A DNA stretch of 64,000 nt from the NCBI GenBank assembly GCA_049523455.1, contig JBEKMW010000009.1, positions 6,758-70,757 on the forward strand, written 5' to 3'. The stretch is from Verrucomicrobiota bacterium. Its GTDB lineage: Bacteria; Verrucomicrobiota; Verrucomicrobiia; Limisphaerales; UBA11358. Below are positions 27,906 to 39,813 of this stretch, piece by piece (position 1 is the stretch's first letter; every line of letters begins with the position of its first letter). The position numbers were made by a program, and so were the translations under genes. The notes beneath the pieces were generated by a model, which was not told the DNA's origin, did not search any database, and worked only from the letters and a program-made list of their open reading frames with translations.

Positions 27906-29000
27906 TCACGTAATCCATCCGGCAGCCTGCGCCATCTTGACCAGCAAGTACGCTGCGCCACCGCTGGCGGGCAGCGTCATGATCCACGCCCAGACAATGC
28001 GCTCCACCACGTCGAATCTGAGATGGTTAAACCCTTTGGCACAGCCAACGCCCATAATGGACGTAGTGACGGCGTGCGTGGTGGACACCGGCATGCCAAA
28101 GAGCGCGGCGGTGCTCAAAACCGTGGCGGCGGTGGTTTCGGCAGCGAAACCGTGCACCGGATGCAGCCGGACCATTTTGTGGCCGAGGGTTTTGATGATG
28201 CGCCAGCCGCCGACCGCCGTGCCCGCGCACATGGTCAAAGCGCAAAGGGCCTTTATCCACGCGGCGATTTCCAGCGATTTCCCTGGCACCGGTTCGGTCG
28301 CGCGCAAGAAGGACAACCAATCGGGGACATGATCAAACATCCCGTTGCGGGTGGCGGTCAACAATACCAGCGCCACGATGCCCATGGTTTTCTGGGCGTC
28401 ATTCATGCCGTGGCTGATACCCATGTAGCTTGAGCTCCCAAGCTGAAGGATGCCGAACGTTCGGTTGACCGTGGCCGGACGCCAGTTGCGCAGCAGAAAA
28501 TACAAGGTCCCCATGAACAGAAACCCGCCCACCAAGCCCAGTACCGGAGACAGGATCATTGGCACGATGACCTTCCAAATCAACCCGCCGCCCAGCCACC
28601 AATGTTTGGCGCTGGGGATGGACCAGACGAGGACGCCCCACTGGTTGTGCGCGGCGGCCACGCACGCACCGCATAATCCACCGATGAGCGCGTGAGATGA
28701 ACTCGAGGGCATGCCGAACCACCACGTCAACAAGTTCCAAAAAATGGCCGCGATCAAGGCACAGAGCAGCACATGCGACGTCGCCACCTGGGGATCCACC
28801 AGTCCGGAGGCTATCGTGGTGGCCACGGCGCTGCCTAAAAAGGCGCCGGCCAAATTCGTGATGGCCGCCAGCATCACCGCCTGGCGCGGCGTGAGCACCT
28901 TGGTGGCCACGACGGTGGCGATGGAGTTGGCGGTGTCGTGAAAGCCGTTGATATAGGTAAACACCAACGCCGCCAGTATGACGAGAAGGATGACGGTCAT
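27906..29000 (-). CDS. Inorganic phosphate transporter, PiT family
   Basis: INGFHDTANSIATVV and a second half with GMNDAQKTMG. 364 aa polytopic. Confidence 0.92.
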   Translation of the reverse strand: MTVILLVILAALVFTYINGFHDTANSIATVVATKVLTPRQAVMLAAITNLAGAFLGSAVATTIASGLVDPQVATSHVLLCALIAAIFWNLLTWWFGMPSSSSHALIGGLCGACVAAAHNQWGVLVWSIPSAKHWWLGGGLIWKVIVPMILSPVLGLVGGFLFMGTLYFLLRNWRPATVNRTFGILQLGSSSYMGISHGMNDAQKTMGIVALVLLTATRNGMFDHVPDWLSFLRATEPVPGKSLEIAAWIKALCALTMCAGTAVGGWRIIKTLGHKMVRLHPVHGFAAETTAATVLSTAALFGMPVSTTHAVTTSIMGVGCAKGFNHLRFDVVERIVWAWIMTLPASGGAAYLLVKMAQAAGWIT

Positions 29001-29007
29001 CGTGTGG

Positions 29008-29637
29008 TCAGGAGTTCTTCAACACGATGTGTACCACCACGTTGCCGGCATCGCGGCAGCGGTCAATGGCTTTCTCAATCAATTCAAACACATCGCGGAT
29101 GACCATGGCCTGCGTGGCGCCGTATCGTCCGCTGTAAAGCTCCTTCAACAATTCCATCATCAGCCGGTCCGCCTCGTTTTCGAGATATTGCAGCTTGGTG
29201 TTCAACTCGTGAATTTTCTCCAAATGCTTGATGTCGCGCAGTTGCTTGACCATAACCAGCACCACATCGGTCGCCTGTTCCAGAATCTCAATCTGGCGGC
29301 TAAAATCCACTCCTTGAATATGCTGATGGCCGAGATGGACCCGCTCGGCCAGCTTTTCGATGGTCTTGGGGATTTTGCGCAGCGCCAGCGCCAGCGCCTC
29401 GATGTCCTCGCGTTCCAGGCCGGTAACGAACGTCTTCACCAATTCGGCCGTGATTTGCTCGCCGATCTTCTTTTCCTTGCGCCGTGACAGCACGAGGTCA
29501 TCGAGGTTCTTCGCGGAAGTCGGCGCCTTCATCATCTCCATGACCAGCCGGACGCTTGCGTGCGCTTCGGTGGCCGCGTCTTCCAGTAGTTGATAGAACA
29601 GATCCGATTTGCCAAAGAGAATTTGGAGCGAAAACAT
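29008..29637 (-). CDS. DUF47 / PhoU-like Pit accessory protein
   Basis: Start MFSLQILFGKSDLFYQLLED. Helical PhoU-like repeats (ENEADRLMMELLKELY). The ORF is open to 29898 but the upstream part is non-coding-like. Confidence 0.85.
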   Translation of the reverse strand: MFSLQILFGKSDLFYQLLEDAATEAHASVRLVMEMMKAPTSAKNLDDLVLSRRKEKKIGEQITAELVKTFVTGLEREDIEALALALRKIPKTIEKLAERVHLGHQHIQGVDFSRQIEILEQATDVVLVMVKQLRDIKHLEKIHELNTKLQYLENEADRLMMELLKELYSGRYGATQAMVIRDVFELIEKAIDRCRDAGNVVVHIVLKNS

Positions 29638-29756
29638 CTTGGGCACAGGATGTTGAAACCGCGGAAAAAATCCATTCAATTCCGGATGGCGCCGCGAACC
29701 GCCAGCCCAAAATTGGGTCGCCGAAACTCCCGTTCCATTGTAAGCTGCGCGCCCAT

Positions 29757-30452
29757 ATGGCACTGGCGGACATGCGGCGGGAATACTCGCTGGGCGGCTT
29801 GCGGCGCGCTGATTTGGATGCCAATCCGATGGCGCAATTTCAAAGATGGTTCGCGCAGGCGTCGGGTGGCGGGCGCGCCCGTAAAATCGGCATCGCACTC
29901 TACGAGTTATGGCATGCCCTCTTGGGCCACACGCCGCCCGAGGTGAACGCCATGGTGCTGGCCACGGTGGACCGGAACGGCAAACCTTCCACCCGCACGG
30001 TATTGCTCAAAGGCGTGGATGAACGCGGCTTTGCCTTTTACACGAACTACGACAGCCGCAAAGGGCTGGAATTGGCGGACAATCCAAACGCGGCGCTGAC
30101 TTTTTACTGGCCGGATTTGGAGCGGCAAGTGTGCGTGGCGGGCACGGTCACCAAATTGTCCCGCAACGAGTCCGAGGCCTATTTTAAAACCCGTCCGCAT
30201 GGCAGCCGCCTGGCAACCTGGGCGTCGAACCAGCGGGACGCGGTGGCTGACCGCGCGGCGCTGGAGGCCAAATGGAATGAAATGGGAATGAAATACCCCG
30301 GAGACGTGCCGCTGCCGCCGAATTGGGGCGGTTACGTGCTTAAACCGGAGCGCATCGAATTTTGGCAGGGCCGGCCCAGCCGGTTGCACGATCGGTTTTG
30401 TTACACGCGCCAGTCTGATGGCTCGTGGAAATTGGAACGGCTCTCGCCTTGA
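29757..30452 (+). CDS. pdxH: Pyridoxamine 5'-phosphate oxidase
   Basis: MRREYSLGGLRRADL...MVLATVDRNGKPSTRTVLLK...IEFWQGRPSRLHDRFCY. Confidence 0.93.
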   Translation: MALADMRREYSLGGLRRADLDANPMAQFQRWFAQASGGGRARKIGIALYELWHALLGHTPPEVNAMVLATVDRNGKPSTRTVLLKGVDERGFAFYTNYDSRKGLELADNPNAALTFYWPDLERQVCVAGTVTKLSRNESEAYFKTRPHGSRLATWASNQRDAVADRAALEAKWNEMGMKYPGDVPLPPNWGGYVLKPERIEFWQGRPSRLHDRFCYTRQSDGSWKLERLSP

Positions 30453-30533
30453 ATTGGTTTGCGTGGCAGAAATGGCGCCGGGACGCCCGCCCCCAGCAGG
30501 ACCGTCATCAGCCGCGGTTGTCGGCGCTCAAAG

Positions 30534-31313
30534 TCAAAATTTGTAGCCCAGCCCGCTAACCAATCGCACGTCATTGTCCTTGTGGCCCGGCGCAGGTTCA
30601 TTGGCAAAATAGTCCTGCAACACCGTTCGCAGACTGATTTTTTTGGTAATGGCGGCTTCCACCCCCACCTCGGCGTTGACGAGGAAATTATCGGGCCGGT
30701 CCACCTGGGGCAGAATTTCCAGGTTGTCCCAAACGTGCGTGTGGTCGTCAATCTTCTGATCGAGCCGCTCGGCCACGCGCGCGGTCATGTAATAGTTCTG
30801 CTCGCTGTCCAATCGTTCGGCAATCGCGCCGGGGCCGGTTTCGCCGGCCAGCACGGTCTGCTTGGTTTTGATAAAATAATAACCGGCGCCCCGGCTCACC
30901 GTAACGCGGTAACCCACGTCCGCAATTCCGTCATGCAAGGCGTCGGCACTGCCGTAGCCAAACCAGCGCTGGGTGAACAGGTGGTCATATTGACCGTAGC
31001 CGTGGAGGATTTCGGTGTTTTCCACCGCGTCATTTTCACCGTACGCTGCGTCGCCGCCAAAGGTCCATTGGTTGGTGGGGTTGTTCCGTTGCACTTTGAT
31101 CGTGGTGCTGGCCAGGACACTTTCGCTGTTGCCGCCCGTCAACGTCAATCCGGCCGCCAGCGCGCCGCTCCAGGGCGGCTGGTTGGTGGGCGCACCGACA
31201 GCGGGCAATACGCCGCCCACATTGCCCGCCCCCATGGCGGCCAAGGCGCTGCTGTCCAACAACAGGTGGTTGGTGTCGCCGGCGCGAGCGCACGCCGCCA
31301 ACACGGCAACCAT
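30534..31313 (-). CDS. DUF481-like outer-membrane beta-barrel protein
   Basis: The C-terminal strand ends ...VRLVSGLGYKF (terminal aromatic). Alternating beta pattern. Start uncertain (ATG 31313 or 31460). Confidence 0.55.
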   Translation of the reverse strand: MVAVLAACARAGDTNHLLLDSSALAAMGAGNVGGVLPAVGAPTNQPPWSGALAAGLTLTGGNSESVLASTTIKVQRNNPTNQWTFGGDAAYGENDAVENTEILHGYGQYDHLFTQRWFGYGSADALHDGIADVGYRVTVSRGAGYYFIKTKQTVLAGETGPGAIAERLDSEQNYYMTARVAERLDQKIDDHTHVWDNLEILPQVDRPDNFLVNAEVGVEAAITKKISLRTVLQDYFANEPAPGHKDNDVRLVSGLGYKF

Positions 31314-31664
31314 GACTGCAATCCAGATGTTCTCTCTCAGATAAATAAATTGCCGATGACGACCCAAACCGGGCCGGAATAACCGGCGGCGGTCGGTCGC
31401 ACGAAACCACCATCCGGCGACATGCGTGATAGGGGCCAACATTATATGCGCTTTCAACATTCTGCCGTTTAGCGGCCTATACCGGTATTCAGGCGTGACC
31501 TTGCATGAATTCCAACCGAGGAAACCGATGAAGCAGAAACTCTGACAACAACCAGCCCCGGATACCAATCGGGCAGCAATACTTTATCTGAAAAACACCA
31601 TCTAGCAAGCGGACGCAGGCAGGTTTAAGGCACGTTACTTGTCCGTTTCAGTATTGCTTTCACG

Positions 31665-34304
31665 CTACTTCTGCTCTTCGTCGCCCGCGGCGTCCTCCTT
31701 GTCCTCGCCGATGACCGGGGCGATGGCCTGCAATTTGTCGCCGGCGTCCAAGCCCACGAGCTTGACACCTTGCGTGTTGCGGCCGGCCTCGCGGATGCCA
31801 TTGACGGAAATGCGGACCATCTGGCCTTTGAAGGTGATGAGCATGATTTCGTCGGTGTCGCGCACGGTGAGCGCCCCCACCACTGCGCCGGTCTTATCGG
31901 TGGTCTTCATGGTGATAATGCCCTTGCCGCCGCGCGATTGGACGCGGTATTCCTCGAAGTCGGTGCGCTTGCCGATGCCGTTTTCGCCGGCCACCAGCAA
32001 CTTGGCGTCCGCCACCACGATGGCCAGCGCTACGACTTCATCGCCTTTTTCCAAGTTGATGCCGCGGACGCCGCCGGCGGGCCGGCCCATCGGGCGGGCA
32101 TCCTCTTCGTTGAACCGGATGCTCATGCCGTCGCGCGTGATGAGCACCACTTCGTTCTGGCCGGTCGTAAGCTTTACGTCAATCAGTGTGTCGCCCGGCT
32201 CGATGCCGATGGCAATGATGCCGCCCTTGCGGACGTTGGCGAAATCCGCCAGCTCGGTTTTCTTGACCGTTCCCTGTTTGGTGGCGAAGAAAATATAGCC
32301 GGGCTGCGACCAGGTGGCGTCTTGCTTGTTGGCATCCGTCTTGGAAAGAACGCGGATGAGGGCGGCGATGGTTTCCCCGGATTTCAATTCGAGCAAATTG
32401 GCGATGCTCCGGCCCTTGGCGGCGCGGCCCATGTCGGGGATTTCATGGACGCGCTCCACGTAAACGCGGCCGGTGTTGGTAAAGAACATCAAGTAGTCGT
32501 GGGTGCTGGCGGTGAACAGGTGTTCGATGAAATCCTTGTCCTCATCAGTCGCGCCTTCGCGGGTGATCATGCCGATGACGCCCTTGCCGCCGCGGCGCTG
32601 GGCGCGATAGCTGGACATGTTGGTGCGCTTGATCAGGCCGTTGTGCGTGAGGGTAATGATGACGCCTTCGTTGGCGATGAGGTCTTCGATGTTGATTTCG
32701 CCCTCGTCGGGCACCAGGTCGGTGAGGCGCGGCGTGGCGTATTTTTCCTGGATGGCCCGCAGTTCGGCCTTGATGATGCCCAACACGCGTGCTTCCTTGG
32801 CCAGGACGTCCATCAAATCCTTGATGCGGGCGAGCAGCTCCTTGTATTCGGCCTCGACCTTGTCAATTTCCAAACCGGTCAACTGGTAGAGGCGCAATTC
32901 CAGAATCGCATCCACCTGCCGCTCGGTGAGCGCGTAACGGCCCTTGGTCAGGCGCTCCTCGTTGCGGATGAGAATGGCCCAGCGTTCGACCTGCTTTTGC
33001 GTCCATTCAAACGCGAGCAATTTCACCCGCGCTTCCTCGCGCGTCTTGCTGCCGCGGATGAGCTTGATGAATTCATCCAGGTTGGCCAGCGCGCAGAGGT
33101 AGCCTTCGAGTATTTCCGCGCGTTCCTCGGCTTTCTTCAACAGGAACCGGGTGCGGCGCAAGATCACTTCCCGCCGGTGCTCGATGTAACATTGGATGAG
33201 ATCTTTGAGACCCAGCGTCTTGGGCCGGCCGTGGTCAATCGCCAGCATGTTTACCGCAAAACTCGTCTCCAACGCCGTCTGCTGGTAAAGGTTGTTGATG
33301 ACCACCTTGGCGATGGCGTCACGTTTGAGTTCGACGACCACGCGCGTGTTCTCGTCCGACTCGTCGCGGATGGCGGTGATGTCGGTGAATCCCTGCTCCT
33401 TTTCGTTGACCAATTCGGCAATGCGTTCCACCAGCAGCGCCCGGTTGACGCCGTAGGGGATTTCCGTGATCACGATCTGTTCTTTGCCGCCCTTGAGTTC
33501 CTCCACGCCCACCTTGCCGCGCACCTTGAGGCTGCCGCGGCCACTGGTGAAATACTCCTTGATGCCTTCGAGGCCGCAAATCATGCACCCGGTCGGGAAA
33601 TCCGGGCCTTTGACGAACTTCATCAGCCCCTTGACCGGGATGTCCGGGTCGTCAATCTGCGCGCAAACCCCGTCAATGATTTCGCCCAGGTTGTGCGGGG
33701 GAATATTGGTGGCCATGCCGACCGCGATGCCGGTGCCGCCGTTGACCAGCAGGTTCGGAAACGCGGCGGGGAAAACCGTCGGTTCACTCAGCCGTTCATC
33801 GTAATTCGGAACAAAATCCACCGTGTCCTGATCCATGTCCTGCATCAGGGTGCCGCCCAAGTGGGTCAGGCGCGCTTCGGTATAGCGCATGGCCGCCGGC
33901 GGATCGCCTTCGACGGAACCGAAGTTCCCCTGCGGATCCACGAGGCGCTCGCGCATGGCCCAAGGCTGGGCCATGTGAACGAGCGTGGGATAGATCACCG
34001 CTTCGCCGTGCGGATGGTAATTTCCGGAAGTGTCGCCGCAAATTTTGGCGCACTTCATGTGCTTCTTGGGCGGGTACAGCCCCAATTCGTGCATCGCGAA
34101 CAGAATCCGGCGTTGCGAAGGCTTCAGGCCGTCGCGCGCATCCGGCAGCGCGCGCGAAATAATCACCGACATCGAGTAATCAAGAAACGAGTTCTTGATT
34201 TCATCGGCCACGTTGACCTTGGCGATTTTTTCGCCGGCGGCAAACAATGGCGTGTTGATGACCGGCAAATCGTTTGACTTTTTGGATTTTTCTTCGTCAG
34301 GCAT
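31665..34304 (-). CDS. gyrA: DNA gyrase subunit A
   Basis: 879 aa. DGLKPSQRRILF, GNYHPHGE, PPAAMRYTEARL (active-site Tyr), C-terminal beta-pinwheel repeats. Confidence 0.98.
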   Translation of the reverse strand: MPDEEKSKKSNDLPVINTPLFAAGEKIAKVNVADEIKNSFLDYSMSVIISRALPDARDGLKPSQRRILFAMHELGLYPPKKHMKCAKICGDTSGNYHPHGEAVIYPTLVHMAQPWAMRERLVDPQGNFGSVEGDPPAAMRYTEARLTHLGGTLMQDMDQDTVDFVPNYDERLSEPTVFPAAFPNLLVNGGTGIAVGMATNIPPHNLGEIIDGVCAQIDDPDIPVKGLMKFVKGPDFPTGCMICGLEGIKEYFTSGRGSLKVRGKVGVEELKGGKEQIVITEIPYGVNRALLVERIAELVNEKEQGFTDITAIRDESDENTRVVVELKRDAIAKVVINNLYQQTALETSFAVNMLAIDHGRPKTLGLKDLIQCYIEHRREVILRRTRFLLKKAEERAEILEGYLCALANLDEFIKLIRGSKTREEARVKLLAFEWTQKQVERWAILIRNEERLTKGRYALTERQVDAILELRLYQLTGLEIDKVEAEYKELLARIKDLMDVLAKEARVLGIIKAELRAIQEKYATPRLTDLVPDEGEINIEDLIANEGVIITLTHNGLIKRTNMSSYRAQRRGGKGVIGMITREGATDEDKDFIEHLFTASTHDYLMFFTNTGRVYVERVHEIPDMGRAAKGRSIANLLELKSGETIAALIRVLSKTDANKQDATWSQPGYIFFATKQGTVKKTELADFANVRKGGIIAIGIEPGDTLIDVKLTTGQNEVVLITRDGMSIRFNEEDARPMGRPAGGVRGINLEKGDEVVALAIVVADAKLLVAGENGIGKRTDFEEYRVQSRGGKGIITMKTTDKTGAVVGALTVRDTDEIMLITFKGQMVRISVNGIREAGRNTQGVKLVGLDAGDKLQAIAPVIGEDKEDAAGDEEQK

Positions 34305-34315
34305 GATGTAAAGTT

Positions 34316-36844
<2,529 letters not shown>

Positions 36845-37039
36845 TTAAAAATACTCGTGTTCCGAGCGTTTAATTTCAGACAGAAAATTATAGGAAAATT
36901 GTTGTTTTCAGACAATGCTAAAACTGCAGATTTTTTGGGTGAAAACACTATTAGTTGTGGCCTATTATCAGCAAACGCCAAAATATTGTAGGGGCGCGGA
37001 CTGGCGAAATTTCCACGATTTTATGTGGAAGTGAACGGG

Positions 37040-37190
37040 CACGAACCCCGAAAAGCGCCAGAGGGCTGGCGTATTCTACGATGCCTGTGTCGTGTCACAG
37101 AAATGCGTTTCCAACCCCAATCCCAACGGGATTGAATCTATCAGCCCAGGGTTGCGAGGAACGAGCTACCCTGGGTGAACGAAATGTGCC
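37040..37190. repeat. REP-like intergenic element (…CCCAACGGGATTGAATCTATCAGCCCAGGGTTGCGAGGAACGAGCTACCCTGGGTG…)
   Basis: Contains the stem CCCAGGGT...ACCCTGGG. From memory it is a widespread repeat in PVC genomes. Only one copy in this window. Confidence 0.4.
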
Positions 37191-37197
37191 GGCTGGG

Positions 37198-38301
37198 TCA
37201 ATGCGCCAGCGCGGTTTTCAGGGCGGACAGACAGCGCTCGTTTTCCTGCGGGGTGCCGATGGAGATGCGCACCCATTCGGGCAGTTGATAGCCGCCCATG
37301 GGTCGGACAATCACGCCCTGCTTTTGCATGGCGTCGAACACCTTCTGGCCCTGGCCGACGCGGACGAGGATGAAATTGGCGTACGAGGGAACGAATTCGA
37401 GCTGCAAGGCGCGAAAGGCGCGCTCGAAAAATTCCAGTCCGGCGAAGTTGTTTTGCCGCGTCCGGTTGACGTGCGCCGAGTCGTCCAGCGCCGCGAGCGC
37501 CGCGGTTTGCGCCAGGAGATTGATGTTGAACGGCTGCCGGATCTTCTCCAGCACGGCGATGAAGTCGGGATGGGCGATGCCGTAGCCGATGCGCAACCCG
37601 GCCAGGCCGTAAATCTTGGAGAAGGTGCGCATCAAAATCAAATTGCGCCGGGTTCCCTGCCGGACCAGCGGCGACAAATCGAGGGGGTCCTGAAGGTACT
37701 CGAGGTAGGCCTCGTCCATGGCCAGGAGCACATGGTCGGGGACGTCGTTGACAAAGCGGATGATTTCGTCGCGCGGGGCGAGCGTGCCGGTGGGGTTGTT
37801 GGGGTTGGCGACGAAGACGATGCGGGTGCGCGGGGTAACGGCGCGGAGCATGGCCGCCAGATCGTGCCCGTAATTTTTGGCCGGCACGACCACGAGGTTG
37901 GCGCCGAACAATTTGGTGACGATGGGATAGACGGCAAAACAATATTGCGACACCACGACTTCGGCGCCGGCGGCGGCTCCCAGGCCGTCCAGCAGCGCGT
38001 GCCCGATGAACTCGATGACTTCATTCGAGCCGTTGCCGAGGATGAGGTGGGCCGGCTCCACGCCGAGTTTGGCGGCGAGTTTTTGTTTCAGATAAAACGC
38101 ATTGCCATCCGGATAGAGGTTCACGCCGGCCAGCGCCTTTTGCATGGCGGCGACGGCGAGTGGAGACGGTCCAAACGGGTTTTCGTTGGAGGCCACCTTG
38201 ATGATGTCCTCGGGGGACAGGCCGAGCTCGCGCGCGACCTCCTCAATGGGGCGGCCCGGTTGATAGACGGGCAGATCGTTCAGGAATGCATTGGTCTTCA
38301 T
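37198..38301 (-). CDS. hisC: Histidinol-phosphate aminotransferase
   Basis: SNENPFGPSP, PNNPTG, TFSKIYGLAGLRIGY (PLP-Lys). The ORF is open to 38340. Confidence 0.93.
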   Translation of the reverse strand: MKTNAFLNDLPVYQPGRPIEEVARELGLSPEDIIKVASNENPFGPSPLAVAAMQKALAGVNLYPDGNAFYLKQKLAAKLGVEPAHLILGNGSNEVIEFIGHALLDGLGAAAGAEVVVSQYCFAVYPIVTKLFGANLVVVPAKNYGHDLAAMLRAVTPRTRIVFVANPNNPTGTLAPRDEIIRFVNDVPDHVLLAMDEAYLEYLQDPLDLSPLVRQGTRRNLILMRTFSKIYGLAGLRIGYGIAHPDFIAVLEKIRQPFNINLLAQTAALAALDDSAHVNRTRQNNFAGLEFFERAFRALQLEFVPSYANFILVRVGQGQKVFDAMQKQGVIVRPMGGYQLPEWVRISIGTPQENERCLSALKTALAH

Positions 38302-38394
38302 TCGCACCAATCTGGAATCAAATCCCGTCCGGGGAAACAAAAAAATAGCCGCCGGGGATTTTGTTCGGTAGGAACTTTTGGCGATGGAGCATTT

Positions 38395-38515
38395 CTGTCG
38401 CCCCTTCAGGGCGGGGAAATTATTTTTTGAAACGCATACCCAGGGCGGCGCTCGAAGACTCGCTTGCCCTGGGCTATTATCGTTCGGGCTTTCAGCCCTC
38501 TGAGCTTCCAGCCCA
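38395..38515. repeat. REP-like element, same family as 24124-24267
   Basis: CCCCTTCAGGGCGGGG...CCCAGGGCGGCGCTCGAAGACTCGCTTGCCCTGGGCTATTATCGTTCGGGCTTTCAGCCC. Confidence 0.7.
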
Positions 38516-38621
38516 TTGAGTTTTGAGCGGAGTCACGCGCCATTGCTTGGTTTCGCTGCGCCGAACCACGGCACACGGCGCACGTAGCGCAGCCGTCCGC
38601 CAGCGCTGCGCTCGTTGCATT

Positions 38622-39710
38622 TCAAAGCGACTCGATAATCTTCTCAACGTTCACGTTCTGCGCCACGAGGTCGCGGATGAGCGAAATTTTTTCGCCGTCG
38701 GTCGGCCGGGTCTTGACCGTGAGGTTGTGAACCCTGGAGGCAACCCGATAGCTGTCAGCTTGCACGAGCATAAACGGGATGGGCGTGGCGCGGATGAGCT
38801 TCAGGACACTTTCCGCCGGACGCAAGCCGCCCGTTAATACGATGCCGGCCATTTGCCCGGCAGCGGGAACTTCAAAACACGCGGTCAAGATGATGTCTTC
38901 GCGGTCGCCGGGCGTAATGAGCAGCACGCCCTGCTTGAAGAATTTCTTCGCGTTTTGGGCACCCATCGCGCCCACCACCACGTCATCCACCAGCGTGTCG
39001 AGGGTGGCGGGCTGATTGAGCAGTTCGGCGCGCAACTCTTCGCGGATCAAATCCACCGACGGTTTGCCCAGGATCTGTTCGTAGGGCAGTACGCCCAACA
39101 GTTCGAGTCCCTTGCGCTTGAGGCCGCGGCGCGCGAAATCGGAGACGGTATCCACCTTTTCGTGGAGGACCTTGTTCAAAATGACGCCGATGACCGCGAC
39201 GCCCTCTTTTTCAAACAGCGCGCGGTTGAGGCACACCTCGTCAATGGGTTTGCCGATGCCGCCCTGGGTGACGATGACGACCTTGGTGCCCAGGATTTTC
39301 GCGACCTGCGCGTTGGACAGATCGAAGACCGAGCCGACGCCGGCGTGGCCGGAGCCTTCGCAGAGCACAAAATCCTTTTCCCAAGCCACGCGGTCAAAGG
39401 CTTTCTGGATTTTTTTGACGAGCGCCTCGTTGTTGGCGGTCTGGAGATACTTGCGGGTGAAATCGGGCTCGACGGCAATCGGACTCATGTCCACGAGCGG
39501 GCAATCGAGGCGATAGACCGCGTCCATGAGCACGGTGTCTTCATCAATTTTCTGCTCCTCGATTTCGACGAAACGCTGGCCGACGGGCTTGATGTAGCCA
39601 ACGCGCGGGAAGCGCTCGCGCAATGCGGCAATCAAGCCCAGCGAGGCGGTCGTTTTGCCGTCGTTTTGGCGTGTGGCCGCGATGAAAACGCGTGGCGTTG
39701 AGGTATTCAT
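38622..39710 (-). CDS. Stand-alone Pta N-terminal module (BioD-like AAA_26 plus DRTGG domains)
   Basis: VFIAATRQNDGKTTASLGL..., LCEGSGHAGVG, LITPGDREDIILTA...GIVLTGG parallels residues 1 to about 350 of E. coli Pta. Confidence 0.8.
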   Translation of the reverse strand: MNTSTPRVFIAATRQNDGKTTASLGLIAALRERFPRVGYIKPVGQRFVEIEEQKIDEDTVLMDAVYRLDCPLVDMSPIAVEPDFTRKYLQTANNEALVKKIQKAFDRVAWEKDFVLCEGSGHAGVGSVFDLSNAQVAKILGTKVVIVTQGGIGKPIDEVCLNRALFEKEGVAVIGVILNKVLHEKVDTVSDFARRGLKRKGLELLGVLPYEQILGKPSVDLIREELRAELLNQPATLDTLVDDVVVGAMGAQNAKKFFKQGVLLITPGDREDIILTACFEVPAAGQMAGIVLTGGLRPAESVLKLIRATPIPFMLVQADSYRVASRVHNLTVKTRPTDGEKISLIRDLVAQNVNVEKIIESL

Positions 39711-39713
39711 GTG

Positions 39714-39800
39714 TCAAAGCGTTGAAGCGTTGAAGCGTTAAATGGTTAAATGGTTAAGACGTTAAAACGTTAAAGCGTTGGAAACGTCTCCAACGCTTCC
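39714..39800. repeat. Octamer tandem array (T[G/A]AANNGT period 8)
   Basis: caaagcgt tgaagcgt tgaagcgt taaatggt taaatggt taagacgt taaaacgt taaagcgt. Confidence 0.9.
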
Positions 39801-39813
39801 GCCCTGAAACCAA

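Noticed and set aside
39714-39800. Tandem arrays (here and at 11254-11290, 21397-21446 and 53868-53915) considered as CRISPR
   Set aside because: The period is only 7-11 bp, with no unique spacers, no repeats of 25-40 bp and no cas genes.
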